Part shown: positions 16,836 to 25,901 of the stretch, piece by piece
Position numbering within the stretch: the stretch's first letter is position 1
Layout: each line of letters starts with the position of its first letter
Sequence record: NC_052654.1
Length of the DNA: 64,000 nucleotides
Direction: 5' to 3' (one strand)
Source: Escherichia phage vB_EcoM-Ro121c4YLVW
Notes under the pieces: model-generated
What the model was told of the DNA's origin: nothing
Seen by the model: only the letters and a program-made list of their open reading frames with translations
Database searches by the model: none
Program-made: the position numbers and the translations under genes

Positions 16836-18614
16836 GTGTCGCACATTATAACTAAATATGGATTTGATGTTGATCTTAGCAAGGAAGGGCATACAGGTTG
16901 TCCGCGCTGCATGAAAAATGGCAAGGATCGCTCTCGTAATAACCTGATGGTTTATGGATTAGATTCTAATGGAGAGCATAAAGGTGCTAAGTGCTTTGCG
17001 TGTGAATACACTATTCCTAGCGTAGAATGGTTACGAGAAAATGGTGAAGTTTTAGAAGAAGAGGAGGAGATTGTGGGTTCGGAATTTAATAAACAGATTC
17101 ATCGTAAAATTGTTCAAGAAACATCAACCAACCCACGTGGTTATCGAGGCATTAAAGAAAAAGTTTCATCTTTCTATGGTGTTCGTTATGAATACCGTCA
17201 GGAAGGGGATCAGATGGTAGTAGAAAGTTGTTTATATCCGACTACCATCGGTAAAGAATTGGTTGGTTTTAAGCGTCGTATTCATCCTAAAGATTTCAGT
17301 AAACCTATTGGTCAAGTAGGTAAAGATGTAGATCTTTTTGGACAAATTCGTTTTGCAGACCGTTCTCATACTGTGGTAATTACAGGTGGTGAACACGATG
17401 CTCTGGCAGCTTATCAAATGCTGTCTGAAAACTTGGACAACAAATATGAACTTCCAGCAGTAGTTAGTGGCACAACTGGTGAAACCAGTATGTATAAACA
17501 AGTTCAGGCACAATATCCTTTCTTTGAAAAATTTAAGAAGATTATTGTTTGCATGGATAATGACAAAGCAGGTAATGAGGCATTTGAAAATATTGTTAAG
17601 GTGCTACCTCGTAACAAAGTCTACCGTATGCAGATGGATCTTAAGGATGCCAATCAGTATCTGGAAGAAGGTCGTGCAAAGGATTTCGTAAAGGCTTTTT
17701 GGAGTGCTCGTCTATACACCCCAGCAGGTGTTTATGCTTCTAATGTCTTGTATGAAGCTGCATTAGAATGCTTGGAATCCAAGATGATTACCTTGCCTCC
17801 TTTTATGCGTGTTGCTGCAAATATGCTGGGTGGTGGTTTAGTAGAGGAAGAGATTACAGTCATCCTAGCAAAGACCAGTATCGGTAAAACTTTGATGGTG
17901 AACGAGATCACCAAACATATTATTGTTGCGCACCCAGAACATACCCTAGGTATTCTGTCATTGGAAGCAACTTATAAGAAATATTCTCGTAACCTGTTGT
18001 CCTCGTTCCTGCATATTCCTCTACATAGGAAAACACCGGAAGAGAAATTTCAAATCTTGGAAGAGAATAAAGAAAAAATCCTAGATTTTTACGAAAGAGA
18101 AGATGGATCACCACGTTTTTATGTGTGTGATGATCGTGGAGCAGATGTGGAGTCTATCAAAGAAAAAGTTTTGGAGATGATCATCTATTTTGGAGTAACA
18201 ATTCTTGTTATCGACCCTTATTCTGATTTGCTTTCTGGTATGGATGTTCAAGCCCAAGAAGAGTTAGCAACATGGTTGAAGCGTATCATGAAAGAGTATG
18301 CTATAACTATTATCGTCATCTCACACGTTAAGAAATCGGCTAATGGTGGCAATGAACACTTAACAGAGGACGATGCAATGGGTAGTAGTTTCTTGGCTAA
18401 AGGTGCTGGTATTACCTTGGCTTTGGAACGAGATAAAGCCGCTGAAGACCCTGTAGAACGCAATACGACTCATTGCTTTATCCTAAAAAACCGTGAGTTC
18501 TCGGAGACTGGTCCGGCAGGGCAGTTTTACTATGACATTAGAACTGCAACTCTGCATGACAAAGAGCAGTATTTCAACAACCCTGCTAATTTGCCTACGG
18601 ATAGCAACTATTAA
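16836..18614 (+). CDS. bifunctional DNA primase-helicase (T7 gp4-like)
   Basis: N-terminal Zn ribbon CPRC...CFAC; TOPRIM-like VVITGGEHDA...CMDNDKAGNEA; helicase Walker A AKTSIGKT and Walker B-like VLVIDPYSD. Confidence 0.9.
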   Translation: MSHIITKYGFDVDLSKEGHTGCPRCMKNGKDRSRNNLMVYGLDSNGEHKGAKCFACEYTIPSVEWLRENGEVLEEEEEIVGSEFNKQIHRKIVQETSTNPRGYRGIKEKVSSFYGVRYEYRQEGDQMVVESCLYPTTIGKELVGFKRRIHPKDFSKPIGQVGKDVDLFGQIRFADRSHTVVITGGEHDALAAYQMLSENLDNKYELPAVVSGTTGETSMYKQVQAQYPFFEKFKKIIVCMDNDKAGNEAFENIVKVLPRNKVYRMQMDLKDANQYLEEGRAKDFVKAFWSARLYTPAGVYASNVLYEAALECLESKMITLPPFMRVAANMLGGGLVEEEITVILAKTSIGKTLMVNEITKHIIVAHPEHTLGILSLEATYKKYSRNLLSSFLHIPLHRKTPEEKFQILEENKEKILDFYEREDGSPRFYVCDDRGADVESIKEKVLEMIIYFGVTILVIDPYSDLLSGMDVQAQEELATWLKRIMKEYAITIIVISHVKKSANGGNEHLTEDDAMGSSFLAKGAGITLALERDKAAEDPVERNTTHCFILKNREFSETGPAGQFYYDIRTATLHDKEQYFNNPANLPTDSNY

Positions 18615-18634
18615 GGGCTTCGGCCCTTTTATTA
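18613..18634 (+). terminator. rho-independent terminator after the primase-helicase gene
   Basis: AAGGGC-TTCG-GCCCTT followed by TTATT. Confidence 0.75.
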
Positions 18635-18644
18635 AAAATACCTG

Positions 18645-18673
18645 TTGACAACTTTGCGGAAGGGACTTATACT
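18645..18673 (+). promoter_or_regulatory. strong sigma70-like promoter candidate (TTGACA, 17 nt, TATACT)
   Basis: Near-consensus -35 and -10 hexamers in intergenic DNA just upstream of the gene at 18707. Confidence 0.6.
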
Positions 18674-18706
18674 TGTCTCATCAACCAAACAAGAGGAGAA
18701 GTAAAA

Positions 18707-19138
18707 ATGCGTATGACAATCGATTTGAATGCAAAAGTTAAAGCTGCTGGTGCTCTGGGTGCTGGTGTTATTAAACACAAACAAGCGTTGGCATTTGCCA
18801 TCCCACATATGATTGTTGAGGATCATCCTGAAGAGTTTGCTGTAAAAGTTGTTGAGAACAATGTTTCTGTTATTGAACATATCCCAACTGGACGTTCTTA
18901 CCGTGTTGTTTCTTCTAAAGGTTTCCGTTTCGATGTAAGCCCTTCTTTCACAAAAGGTGCTGGTCGTAGTAAAGTGGGTATTCTTTCTTACAAATATTAT
19001 ATCGATAAAGTTGCAGATGGTGTTGCATTCTGTCGTGTAAGTGAAGGTAAAGTAGATATCATCTTTAAAAATACTAAAAACATGGTTATTTCTGATGATG
19101 GTAAAGTTGACCTCACTATTGAGTTCGCTAACAACTAA
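18707..19138 (+). CDS. hypothetical protein, probably highly expressed
   Basis: Strong RBS AGAGGAGAAG; codon usage biased to GGT, CGT, GTT, CTG like the capsid and SSB genes; no recognisable domain. Confidence 0.6.
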   Translation: MRMTIDLNAKVKAAGALGAGVIKHKQALAFAIPHMIVEDHPEEFAVKVVENNVSVIEHIPTGRSYRVVSSKGFRFDVSPSFTKGAGRSKVGILSYKYYIDKVADGVAFCRVSEGKVDIIFKNTKNMVISDDGKVDLTIEFANN

Positions 19139-19147
19139 GGAGGACTA

Positions 19148-19942
19148 TTGAGCAAGTTGAACACACTTGATCAATATTACACTAACCCCGCTTATGCGGG
19201 GTTCTTATGTGATAAGATCAAAGAAATTTTTGGAGAGGAAGCTAACTACGTAGAACCATCTGCGGGAGAAGGAGCTTTCTCTTCTTGTTTTAAAAACATA
19301 ACTTCTTTTGATATTGACCCTAAGTTTGAAGATTGTATTGAGGCAGATTTTTTAGCTCAATCTGTTGAGTCTGTTGGTAGCGTAACTGCTTTTGTCGGTA
19401 ATCCTCCATTTGGAAAAAATGCTAGTCTTGCCATTAAATTCTTTAACCATTGTGCTGAAATGCTGGATAACGAAGGTGGTATTTGTTTTATCTTGCCTCG
19501 CACATTTCAAAAAATCTTTTTTGCACACAAACTAAATCCCCATATGCATCTTCTTTACGAAGAAGAATGTCCAAAAGGATCTTTTATTCTTCATGGAGAA
19601 CCTTGGGATGTTCCTTGTGTATTCCAGGTATGGATTAAACGCAACGAGAAGCGTTCTCCCGTTGTTTTAGGAGAGAATCGACTATTCGTATTAGGTAACA
19701 GTAAAGACTACGATATAGCTGTTAGGAGAGCGGGAGCAAGTGCAGGTAGAGTGTTATCAGAAGAAGATTCTTTATCTGAAGCATCTACCTATTTTTTAAA
19801 AGCCTTGACTTCTGATCTTAAAACGCGTATCATTGAGGCTTACCCGTTACTTAAAGCTGAAGCTAGTAAAACTGCGGGAGTAAGAAGTTTAAGTTTAAAA
19901 GAACTTCAGTGGGTTCTGGAGAACATTAGAAAGGAGGAATAG
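19148..19942 (+). CDS. N6-adenine DNA methyltransferase (orphan; gamma-class motif order)
   Basis: Motif I EPSAGEGAF precedes motif IV GNPPFG; TTG start after AAGGAGG. No restriction endonuclease gene is adjacent. Confidence 0.75.
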   Translation: MSKLNTLDQYYTNPAYAGFLCDKIKEIFGEEANYVEPSAGEGAFSSCFKNITSFDIDPKFEDCIEADFLAQSVESVGSVTAFVGNPPFGKNASLAIKFFNHCAEMLDNEGGICFILPRTFQKIFFAHKLNPHMHLLYEEECPKGSFILHGEPWDVPCVFQVWIKRNEKRSPVVLGENRLFVLGNSKDYDIAVRRAGASAGRVLSEEDSLSEASTYFLKALTSDLKTRIIEAYPLLKAEASKTAGVRSLSLKELQWVLENIRKEE

Positions 19943-22900
19943 TGAGTAAGTTTACATGGGATATTGAAGCAAACGGATTGTTGAATAATGACACTATTGA
20001 TTATTTAGCTAGTCCTTATCGTCTCAAAGACACATTTCAAATGCACTGTATTGTCTTAGAGAACCATGAAACAGGAGAAATAGTAGCTTTCCACGATGGC
20101 CCTAAATACATCTTTGATGGGCGTCCTTATGAAGAGTCAGATGGTAAATACACATATGTTCTTAAAGAGTATGTGGCGCAAGATTACACACATTTTCAAC
20201 TAAAAGATTTCCCAGACTTTATTAATCATGAAGGTTATTTTAAAGATAAGCCTGAATATCTGGTTGAAATGGCTGTGGCTCACAACGGTATCAACTACGA
20301 CTGGTTGGCTACAAAACTGTTTTATGGATTAGATTACAGTGTTAAATATAATACGTGGGGCAAAAATAAGGTAAAACTTATTGACTCCTTGATTTTGAGT
20401 AAAGTGTTAAACCCAGATCGAAAGATTGAGGGCAAATCAGGACATAGCTTGGCAGCACTTTCTCGAAAAGCAGGTGGTGATGTAAAAATAGATTTCCGTA
20501 AAGAGATTCCAGAAGAAGATCGATTTAAGACTTTTGCTGCGGATATGCTTTATTACTGTATCTATGACAACAAAGCCAATACGAGCGTATATAATTACCT
20601 TATGGAAGAATGGGGCGATTATGATAAATGGGAAGGTCCATTTGAACTTGAACAACGTGTAGCAGACATTATTACACGCCAGGAACACCGTGGGTTTGCT
20701 TTTAACATGAAGCAAGCAGAAGAGAACCTTGCTTTTTTGGATGCAGAAATGGAGCGTCTTCGTTTACTCGTTGAGCCTATTTTGCCACCTAAACCAGCAA
20801 CAAAAGGTTATCTTAAGGCTTTTATTCCACCTAAGTTGCAAATTAAAAAGAACTTAGAGCCAACTAACCATATGATCAATTTTGCTAAGAAACATGATGG
20901 TCATTTGGAAGAGAGGGATGGCGATTGGTGGTTAGTTATGTTGGGGAAAGAGTGGAAACTGCCAGTTGCAGCAGATGAGCCTCTATGTGATCCTAACATC
21001 CCTGCAACATTGAACGATACAACCCATATTAAAAACTGGCTCGTAGGATTAGGTTGGGTACCGTCTGAATATAAAGATAAAGACTTGACGCTTAAATCTG
21101 GCACCAAAATTAAAAAGAGCGAGGAAGAACTTCAGAAAGGTATTAGAGCTTACGTTGAGCAAACTCTATCTTCTAATTTTTGTCAGGATCGTTGTGATCA
21201 TCTGGAGTGCACACCGGAAACTTTGGAAAGGAAGATTCAAGAGCGTATAGCAAAAGGTAAAGGTCGCGGTCTTAAAGTATTGACTAACCCATGTTTTACC
21301 AAAGGTCAGGAAAAAGAAATTTGTCCTAACCTGCAAGCTTTGGGTGAGAAATTTCCTTATGCTACACAGATTGTAGAATACTTAACGTATAAGCATCGTA
21401 GGAACTCTATTTTAGGTGGCGGTGCTGATTGGGAAGAAGATGAAGAAGATCAAGAATACGATAAAGGTTTCTTAGCCGCAGTAAGGGCGGATGGGCGTAT
21501 TCCTACACCAGCCGCTACATGTGATGCTGCAACCTCTCGTATGAAACATAGATCTGTAGCTAATATTCCTCGTGTCACATCTTTGTTTGGATGGGAGATG
21601 CGTAACTTGTTTGGTGTAGAAGTTCCTAAATACTTCCAGATCGGTTATGACTTCGACTCTTTGGAAGCAAAGATTGAGTCGCATTACTGTGTGCCGATGG
21701 ATGCTCAAGCTTTGACTCGTAAAGGTTGGGTAGGATATCACGACCTGAAGGAAGGGGATGAGATTTTAGGGTACAATGCTGAAACAGGTATGAAAGAATG
21801 GACTAAAGTAAAAGGTAAGGTCTTCTATAAAAATAGTAAGACGTTTGAGATTAAAGGGAAATCACACACTTACCGTGCAACAGCAGATCACCGTTGGTAT
21901 GTTAATACCCGTAGTAAAGGGAATACTTATGTGCCTAAAGTCAGAACAACTGCCGAGCTTTGCACAGGAGATAATATTATTTGTAATGCTCCATTTAACA
22001 TGGAACAAGATCAGGTAAATAGTTTAACTTCTGTTCAACAAGGTAAATGGGATGTTCCGTGGGTAGAGCGTGTAGTTAATATGTCTCATGCCGAGCGTGT
22101 AGCTTTCTTGGAAGGTTTCTTGATTGCAGATGGTTACTGGCATGAACATAAACAAAAACCTGTTTGGCGTTGGGCGCAGAACCCAGGTGAACTTTTTGAA
22201 GCAGCTTTAACTGCCTCGTACCTGGTGCATGGAGGCAATATCTCTGTAGCTTTCAATACAAAAGAGCAGAAAGTAAAAGTGGCAACATTGACTAACCGCT
22301 CTCACATTCCTGTTCAAAGTTTGACTATTGAAGAGTGGGGTGTAGAGGATGTTTGGTGTCCACAAACAGAACTTGGTACGTGGGTCATGCGTCAGAAAGA
22401 CTGCATTACCATCACAGGAAACTGTTGGCGCTACGAACCGGAGCCTCATGAATACTGTAACGCTCTCTTGTTAGAGAAGCCTAACGATGTTCATACCATG
22501 ATGGCAAAACGTATTACAGATACTATTGGGCGTAAATTTGAACGTAGTCCGGCGAAATCTGTTAAATACGGGATCACTTATGGTGCACAAGCAGACAAGG
22601 TTGCTAAAACAATTGGTAGCGATAAATACACAGGGCAACTGGTGTTCGATGCTTTCTGGGAAGCTGCATTCCCACTGGCGCGTCTTAAAGAACGTTTAAA
22701 CGATTTCTGGGTTAAGACTGGTAAACAGTATGTTTTGGGTATTGACGGTCGTAAGGTTCCTACTCGTTCTGCTCACGCGATTCTTAACTCTCTGTTCCAA
22801 AGTGGTGGGGTTATCTGTGCTAAACGTGCAATGGTTATTTATGACGACATGATCGAAGAAGAAGGGCTAAGTGTTGACTTCTTTAAAGATGACTGGAAGA

Positions 22901-23274
22901 ATAAAGACTTCGTGCAACAAATGATTGCATATCACGATGAAGCCCAGCTTGAAGTTTCTCGTAACCTTGTAGAATTTAAATGGTTTTCACCTGAATCATT
23001 AGGTTGGAAGAAAGTAGACGATCCTGAAGAACAAAAGAAAATTGATAAAGAATGCCTTGCTAAAGTTGAAGAATGGAAACATAATAAGGAAAAAGAGACA
23101 GGGCAAATTTGGGCTAACATTCATGAATCTCCCAAAGGTGGATGGTTTACAGCCTATAGTCGGGCAGGTGAACTTGCTGCTTTAGCTGTTACTAAGGCTG
23201 GAGAATTTTACAATCTTAATGTTCAGCTTACTGCCGGATATGATGTGGGTAACTCCTGGGCGTCCTGTCACTAG
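19942..23274 (+). CDS. family A DNA polymerase with 3'-5' exonuclease domain, interrupted by an intein
   Basis: Exo I motif WDIEANGL; motif A region GYDFDSLEAKIESHY; motif B RSPAKSVKYGITYGA; about 245 extra residues lie between motifs A and B. Confidence 0.9.
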   Translation: MSKFTWDIEANGLLNNDTIDYLASPYRLKDTFQMHCIVLENHETGEIVAFHDGPKYIFDGRPYEESDGKYTYVLKEYVAQDYTHFQLKDFPDFINHEGYFKDKPEYLVEMAVAHNGINYDWLATKLFYGLDYSVKYNTWGKNKVKLIDSLILSKVLNPDRKIEGKSGHSLAALSRKAGGDVKIDFRKEIPEEDRFKTFAADMLYYCIYDNKANTSVYNYLMEEWGDYDKWEGPFELEQRVADIITRQEHRGFAFNMKQAEENLAFLDAEMERLRLLVEPILPPKPATKGYLKAFIPPKLQIKKNLEPTNHMINFAKKHDGHLEERDGDWWLVMLGKEWKLPVAADEPLCDPNIPATLNDTTHIKNWLVGLGWVPSEYKDKDLTLKSGTKIKKSEEELQKGIRAYVEQTLSSNFCQDRCDHLECTPETLERKIQERIAKGKGRGLKVLTNPCFTKGQEKEICPNLQALGEKFPYATQIVEYLTYKHRRNSILGGGADWEEDEEDQEYDKGFLAAVRADGRIPTPAATCDAATSRMKHRSVANIPRVTSLFGWEMRNLFGVEVPKYFQIGYDFDSLEAKIESHYCVPMDAQALTRKGWVGYHDLKEGDEILGYNAETGMKEWTKVKGKVFYKNSKTFEIKGKSHTYRATADHRWYVNTRSKGNTYVPKVRTTAELCTGDNIICNAPFNMEQDQVNSLTSVQQGKWDVPWVERVVNMSHAERVAFLEGFLIADGYWHEHKQKPVWRWAQNPGELFEAALTASYLVHGGNISVAFNTKEQKVKVATLTNRSHIPVQSLTIEEWGVEDVWCPQTELGTWVMRQKDCITITGNCWRYEPEPHEYCNALLLEKPNDVHTMMAKRITDTIGRKFERSPAKSVKYGITYGAQADKVAKTIGSDKYTGQLVFDAFWEAAFPLARLKERLNDFWVKTGKQYVLGIDGRKVPTRSAHAILNSLFQSGGVICAKRAMVIYDDMIEEEGLSVDFFKDDWKNKDFVQQMIAYHDEAQLEVSRNLVEFKWFSPESLGWKKVDDPEEQKKIDKECLAKVEEWKHNKEKETGQIWANIHESPKGGWFTAYSRAGELAALAVTKAGEFYNLNVQLTAGYDVGNSWASCH
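21688..22422 (+). mobile_element. intein (Hint domain with LAGLIDADG-like segment) inside the DNA polymerase gene
   Basis: Starts with Cys (CVPMDA, block A-like), TADH block B-like, LEGFLIADGYW endonuclease-like motif, ends ...ITITGN followed by +1 Cys. Flanking extein resumes in the T7-like GDIHT-equivalent region (NDVHT). Confidence 0.7.
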
Positions 23275-23292
23275 TTAACTCATTGTTTTATA

Positions 23293-23310
23293 AGGGGCTT
23301 CTGCCCCTTT
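23293..23310 (+). terminator. terminator-like hairpin after the DNA polymerase gene
   Basis: AGGGGC-TTCT-GCCCCT followed by a short T run, directly before the next RBS. Confidence 0.45.
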
Positions 23311-23322
23311 ATAGGAGGAGAT

Positions 23323-23514
23323 ATGCATTACGATTTAGATTGTCTTGGTATGCCTTATCTACCAGATGAATTTGAAGGTGAAGAAGAACGTGAATGGGAC
23401 GATGGGGATATCCGTTGTTGGTCTTGTGGTAAAGATATGTCCTATGAACAACATATGCACAATGATGGTTTCTGCATACATTGTTATAATGAAATTGATC
23501 TGGAGGAAGATTAA
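23323..23514 (+). CDS. small acidic Cys-rich (zinc-binding?) protein
   Basis: RBS AGGAGGAG; CWSCGK...CIHCYN; acidic termini. Confidence 0.45.
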   Translation: MHYDLDCLGMPYLPDEFEGEEEREWDDGDIRCWSCGKDMSYEQHMHNDGFCIHCYNEIDLEED

Positions 23515-23681
23515 TGGGAAATGGTATCATGATTTGCTATAAAATTGTGCGTATTGTCGGAGACGAAGTTATCACTCGGTATTTTATGATAGAGTCTCAA
23601 GCCGATGAGGTTTACAATGACTGGCTTGAAAAAGGTGGATACGATTTTGTATCTAAAGAAACTTTCCGTTTAGAAGTATAA
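23514..23681 (+). CDS. hypothetical small protein (55 aa, not in ORF track)
   Basis: ATG overlaps the previous stop (TAATG) after GGAGGAAG; hand translation MGNGIMICYKIVRIVGDEVITRYFMIESQADEVYNDWLEKGGYDFVSKETFRLEV. Confidence 0.35.
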   Translation: MGNGIMICYKIVRIVGDEVITRYFMIESQADEVYNDWLEKGGYDFVSKETFRLEV

Positions 23682-23691
23682 GGAGAAAACA

Positions 23692-23910
23692 ATGCGTAAA
23701 TTAGTGAGCTTTAATGTTTCAATTCTTGTTGATGAACAAAATGAAGATGTTATTAAAGGTCTTGCAAATAAGATTGCAGGTGGAATGACGGAAGCTGAAG
23801 TGTGGGAAGAATGTGCTCGACTTTATGAGGAAGGTGTTATTGAGGTCTTGGGGGATGAGATTAATATGGACGATGTTGTAAAAGTAACTGTGGAGCGTAT
23901 CCATGACTAA
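23692..23910 (+). CDS. hypothetical small protein
   Basis: RBS TAAGGAGAA. Confidence 0.45.
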   Translation: MRKLVSFNVSILVDEQNEDVIKGLANKIAGGMTEAEVWEECARLYEEGVIEVLGDEINMDDVVKVTVERIHD

Positions 23911-24496
23911 ATCAAAACAAATCAATATTGCCAAAGAAATTCTTACCGTATTAAAGATTGCTGATCCTAATTCTGTCTTGGCTGGCGGCGCTGTTCGTGA
24001 TTGGCGTATTCTTGATATTGCTGGACGTGATCTGGATTTTTACACGTCTCTTCCTGCACATCGATCAGAAGAGCAAATACAAGAATTGATTGCATCTGCT
24101 TTGATGGGAACTAATGTTCGTAAATTAGGAAACAAAGAGGCTTCTGACAATTATGAAGGTGTTACTGGTCTTAAACACGTTTTTGAGTTTGAACGTGATG
24201 GTCAGCTTTGCAACCTTATGATTATGGAACCAAGCGTAATGACAACCTTTCTAAATGAGTTTGATCTGTCCATCTGCCAGGCTGCATTTGATGGGAAGGA
24301 TTGTTATTACTCTAAAGATTTTGAAACAACTTTGGAAACAGGGATCTGCTTCTTGCACAAAGATGTTAGAGAAGATGCCAAACACGTTATTAAAATTGCT
24401 ACACGTTTCCCATATCTTCGTTTTGTGAAAGAGGTTAAGGTTCCACGTCCACCTCAAGTAGATACCAGATTGGAAGAAGATGATATTCCTTGGTAA
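23903..24496 (+). CDS. minimal Pol-beta-type nucleotidyltransferase (tRNA-NT/CCA-adding head-domain-like) with acidic SSB-tail-like C-terminus
   Basis: LAGGAVRDWRILDIAGRDLDFYT matches the GGxVRD...DxD NTase signature of CCA-adding enzymes; only 197 aa; C-terminus ...RLEEDDIPW resembles the SSB tail DDDIPF. Confidence 0.65.
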   Translation: MTKSKQINIAKEILTVLKIADPNSVLAGGAVRDWRILDIAGRDLDFYTSLPAHRSEEQIQELIASALMGTNVRKLGNKEASDNYEGVTGLKHVFEFERDGQLCNLMIMEPSVMTTFLNEFDLSICQAAFDGKDCYYSKDFETTLETGICFLHKDVREDAKHVIKIATRFPYLRFVKEVKVPRPPQVDTRLEEDDIPW

Positions 24497-24502
24497 TTAA
24501 AG

Positions 24503-24532
24503 CTTGACAATATTAAACATTTTATGATAGGA
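24503..24532 (+). promoter_or_regulatory. sigma70-like promoter candidate (TTGACA, 18 nt, TAGGAT)
   Basis: Intergenic TTGACA with a weak -10, upstream of the ORF at 24542. Confidence 0.35.
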
Positions 24533-24541
24533 TAGCATTCA

Positions 24542-24934
24542 ATGACTGAACGTTCTAAGATAGCTGTTGAAACTGTTTATGGAAACTACACCAGTTTGAC
24601 ACTAGTTGAGAAAAATGTTGTAGGTCTTGACAACTCTTTTTATTTTCAAATTTTGGTTATTCAAGGTGGAAACAAGAAGCTAACTGCTCGTGTCGAAACA
24701 TCTGAAATAATTGAAACCACTGTTACAAACAAAGAATTCATTTCACTGCAAGATACAATCCGAAACGTTATAGACGAAGAAGGCAAAGCTGCCACAATTA
24801 AACTCGGAGGTTTCCCAGTGCAAATAGTTCATTTTCCTAATGGTGAAATTGGAGTTGGAATAGGTAAAGGTAAATACCTGTTAGAGCAAGATGATATGGA
24901 AAGACTCCGCTCTTTCTGTGCAAAATTAATGTAA
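24542..24934 (+). CDS. hypothetical protein
   Basis: ORF between replication genes; no recognisable motif. Confidence 0.5.
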   Translation: MTERSKIAVETVYGNYTSLTLVEKNVVGLDNSFYFQILVIQGGNKKLTARVETSEIIETTVTNKEFISLQDTIRNVIDEEGKAATIKLGGFPVQIVHFPNGEIGVGIGKGKYLLEQDDMERLRSFCAKLM

Positions 24935-24950
24935 TGTAGAGGAGATAATA

Positions 24951-25838
24951 ATGTCCGTAATTAATACTGAAACTGATCGTAAAGGCAAAACCGTAACTTA
25001 TGCAACTGGTATCGTAGACTACGTTAAACTGGATAAATTCGCTGAACCTAAAACTTTTCATTGGGAAGGAAAAACGATTGTTTCAACTCACCGAGCCTCT
25101 CTTGTTCTGAAAGAGAAAGGTGCTAAACCAGATGAGAAAGGTGTTTGGATTTCTCTTGGTGACATTGAACTGAAAGAAGGTTATGAAAACCTGCAAGTCA
25201 AAGAAGGTGATAATTGGATCACTATTGAAAAAGGTGTAGAAGTAAGTATTGATATTGATCGCGTTGATAATAAAGGCGGTAAAACTTACTACAATACTAA
25301 AAAATCTCGTATTACAGTATTGTCTACCGATGGTGTTCAGAAGTCTAACAAATCTTCTGGTAATAAAGGTTCCAACGATGCTGCTCCTAAGCAGTCCTAT
25401 AAAAAACGTGATACTGTAGGTCTGGAAACTGGTCACGCAGTAAATGGTGCACTGGAACTGATTCGTAATGGTGTTAAAGGCGATGCTTTCGATATCGCTG
25501 GGGTTGTTCAATCTGCAACTGTCACGCTGAAATCTGAAATTGCTGAATCTCGTGGCGTTGATATTAATGATTATGATCTTGGGGCATCTGTTGGTCACGC
25601 TATTCTCAATGCTTGTAAAGACCATACCATTAAGACTGTCTCTGTAGAAGATCTGATTGATTCTGCTCGTAAAGTTCTGGCTCTGTCTGATAAAGTTGCT
25701 GCTGCCATTCGTGGTTCCGCAGAACAGCCTAAGAAAGAAGAGAAGAAAGAAGTTAAGAAACCTGAACCACAACCAGAACCAACTCCAAGTAATCAAGAAG
25801 AACCTCCAATGGACTTCGACGATGATATTCCATTCTGA
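24951..25838 (+). CDS. single-stranded DNA-binding protein
   Basis: Canonical acidic C-terminal tail PPMDFDDDIPF; strong RBS; highly biased (optimal) codon usage. Confidence 0.8.
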   Translation: MSVINTETDRKGKTVTYATGIVDYVKLDKFAEPKTFHWEGKTIVSTHRASLVLKEKGAKPDEKGVWISLGDIELKEGYENLQVKEGDNWITIEKGVEVSIDIDRVDNKGGKTYYNTKKSRITVLSTDGVQKSNKSSGNKGSNDAAPKQSYKKRDTVGLETGHAVNGALELIRNGVKGDAFDIAGVVQSATVTLKSEIAESRGVDINDYDLGASVGHAILNACKDHTIKTVSVEDLIDSARKVLALSDKVAAAIRGSAEQPKKEEKKEVKKPEPQPEPTPSNQEEPPMDFDDDIPF

Positions 25839-25870
25839 TCTTATTGATTTATAAAGAGTTTTTATAAAAG

Positions 25871-25900
25871 AAAAGGGAACCTTTGCGGGTTCCCTTTTTT
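25871..25900. terminator. bidirectional rho-independent terminator between convergent plus-strand and minus-strand modules
   Basis: AAAAGGGAACC-TTTGC-GGGTTCCCTTTTTT with A-tract upstream and T-tract downstream. Confidence 0.8.
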
Positions 25901-25901
25901 A

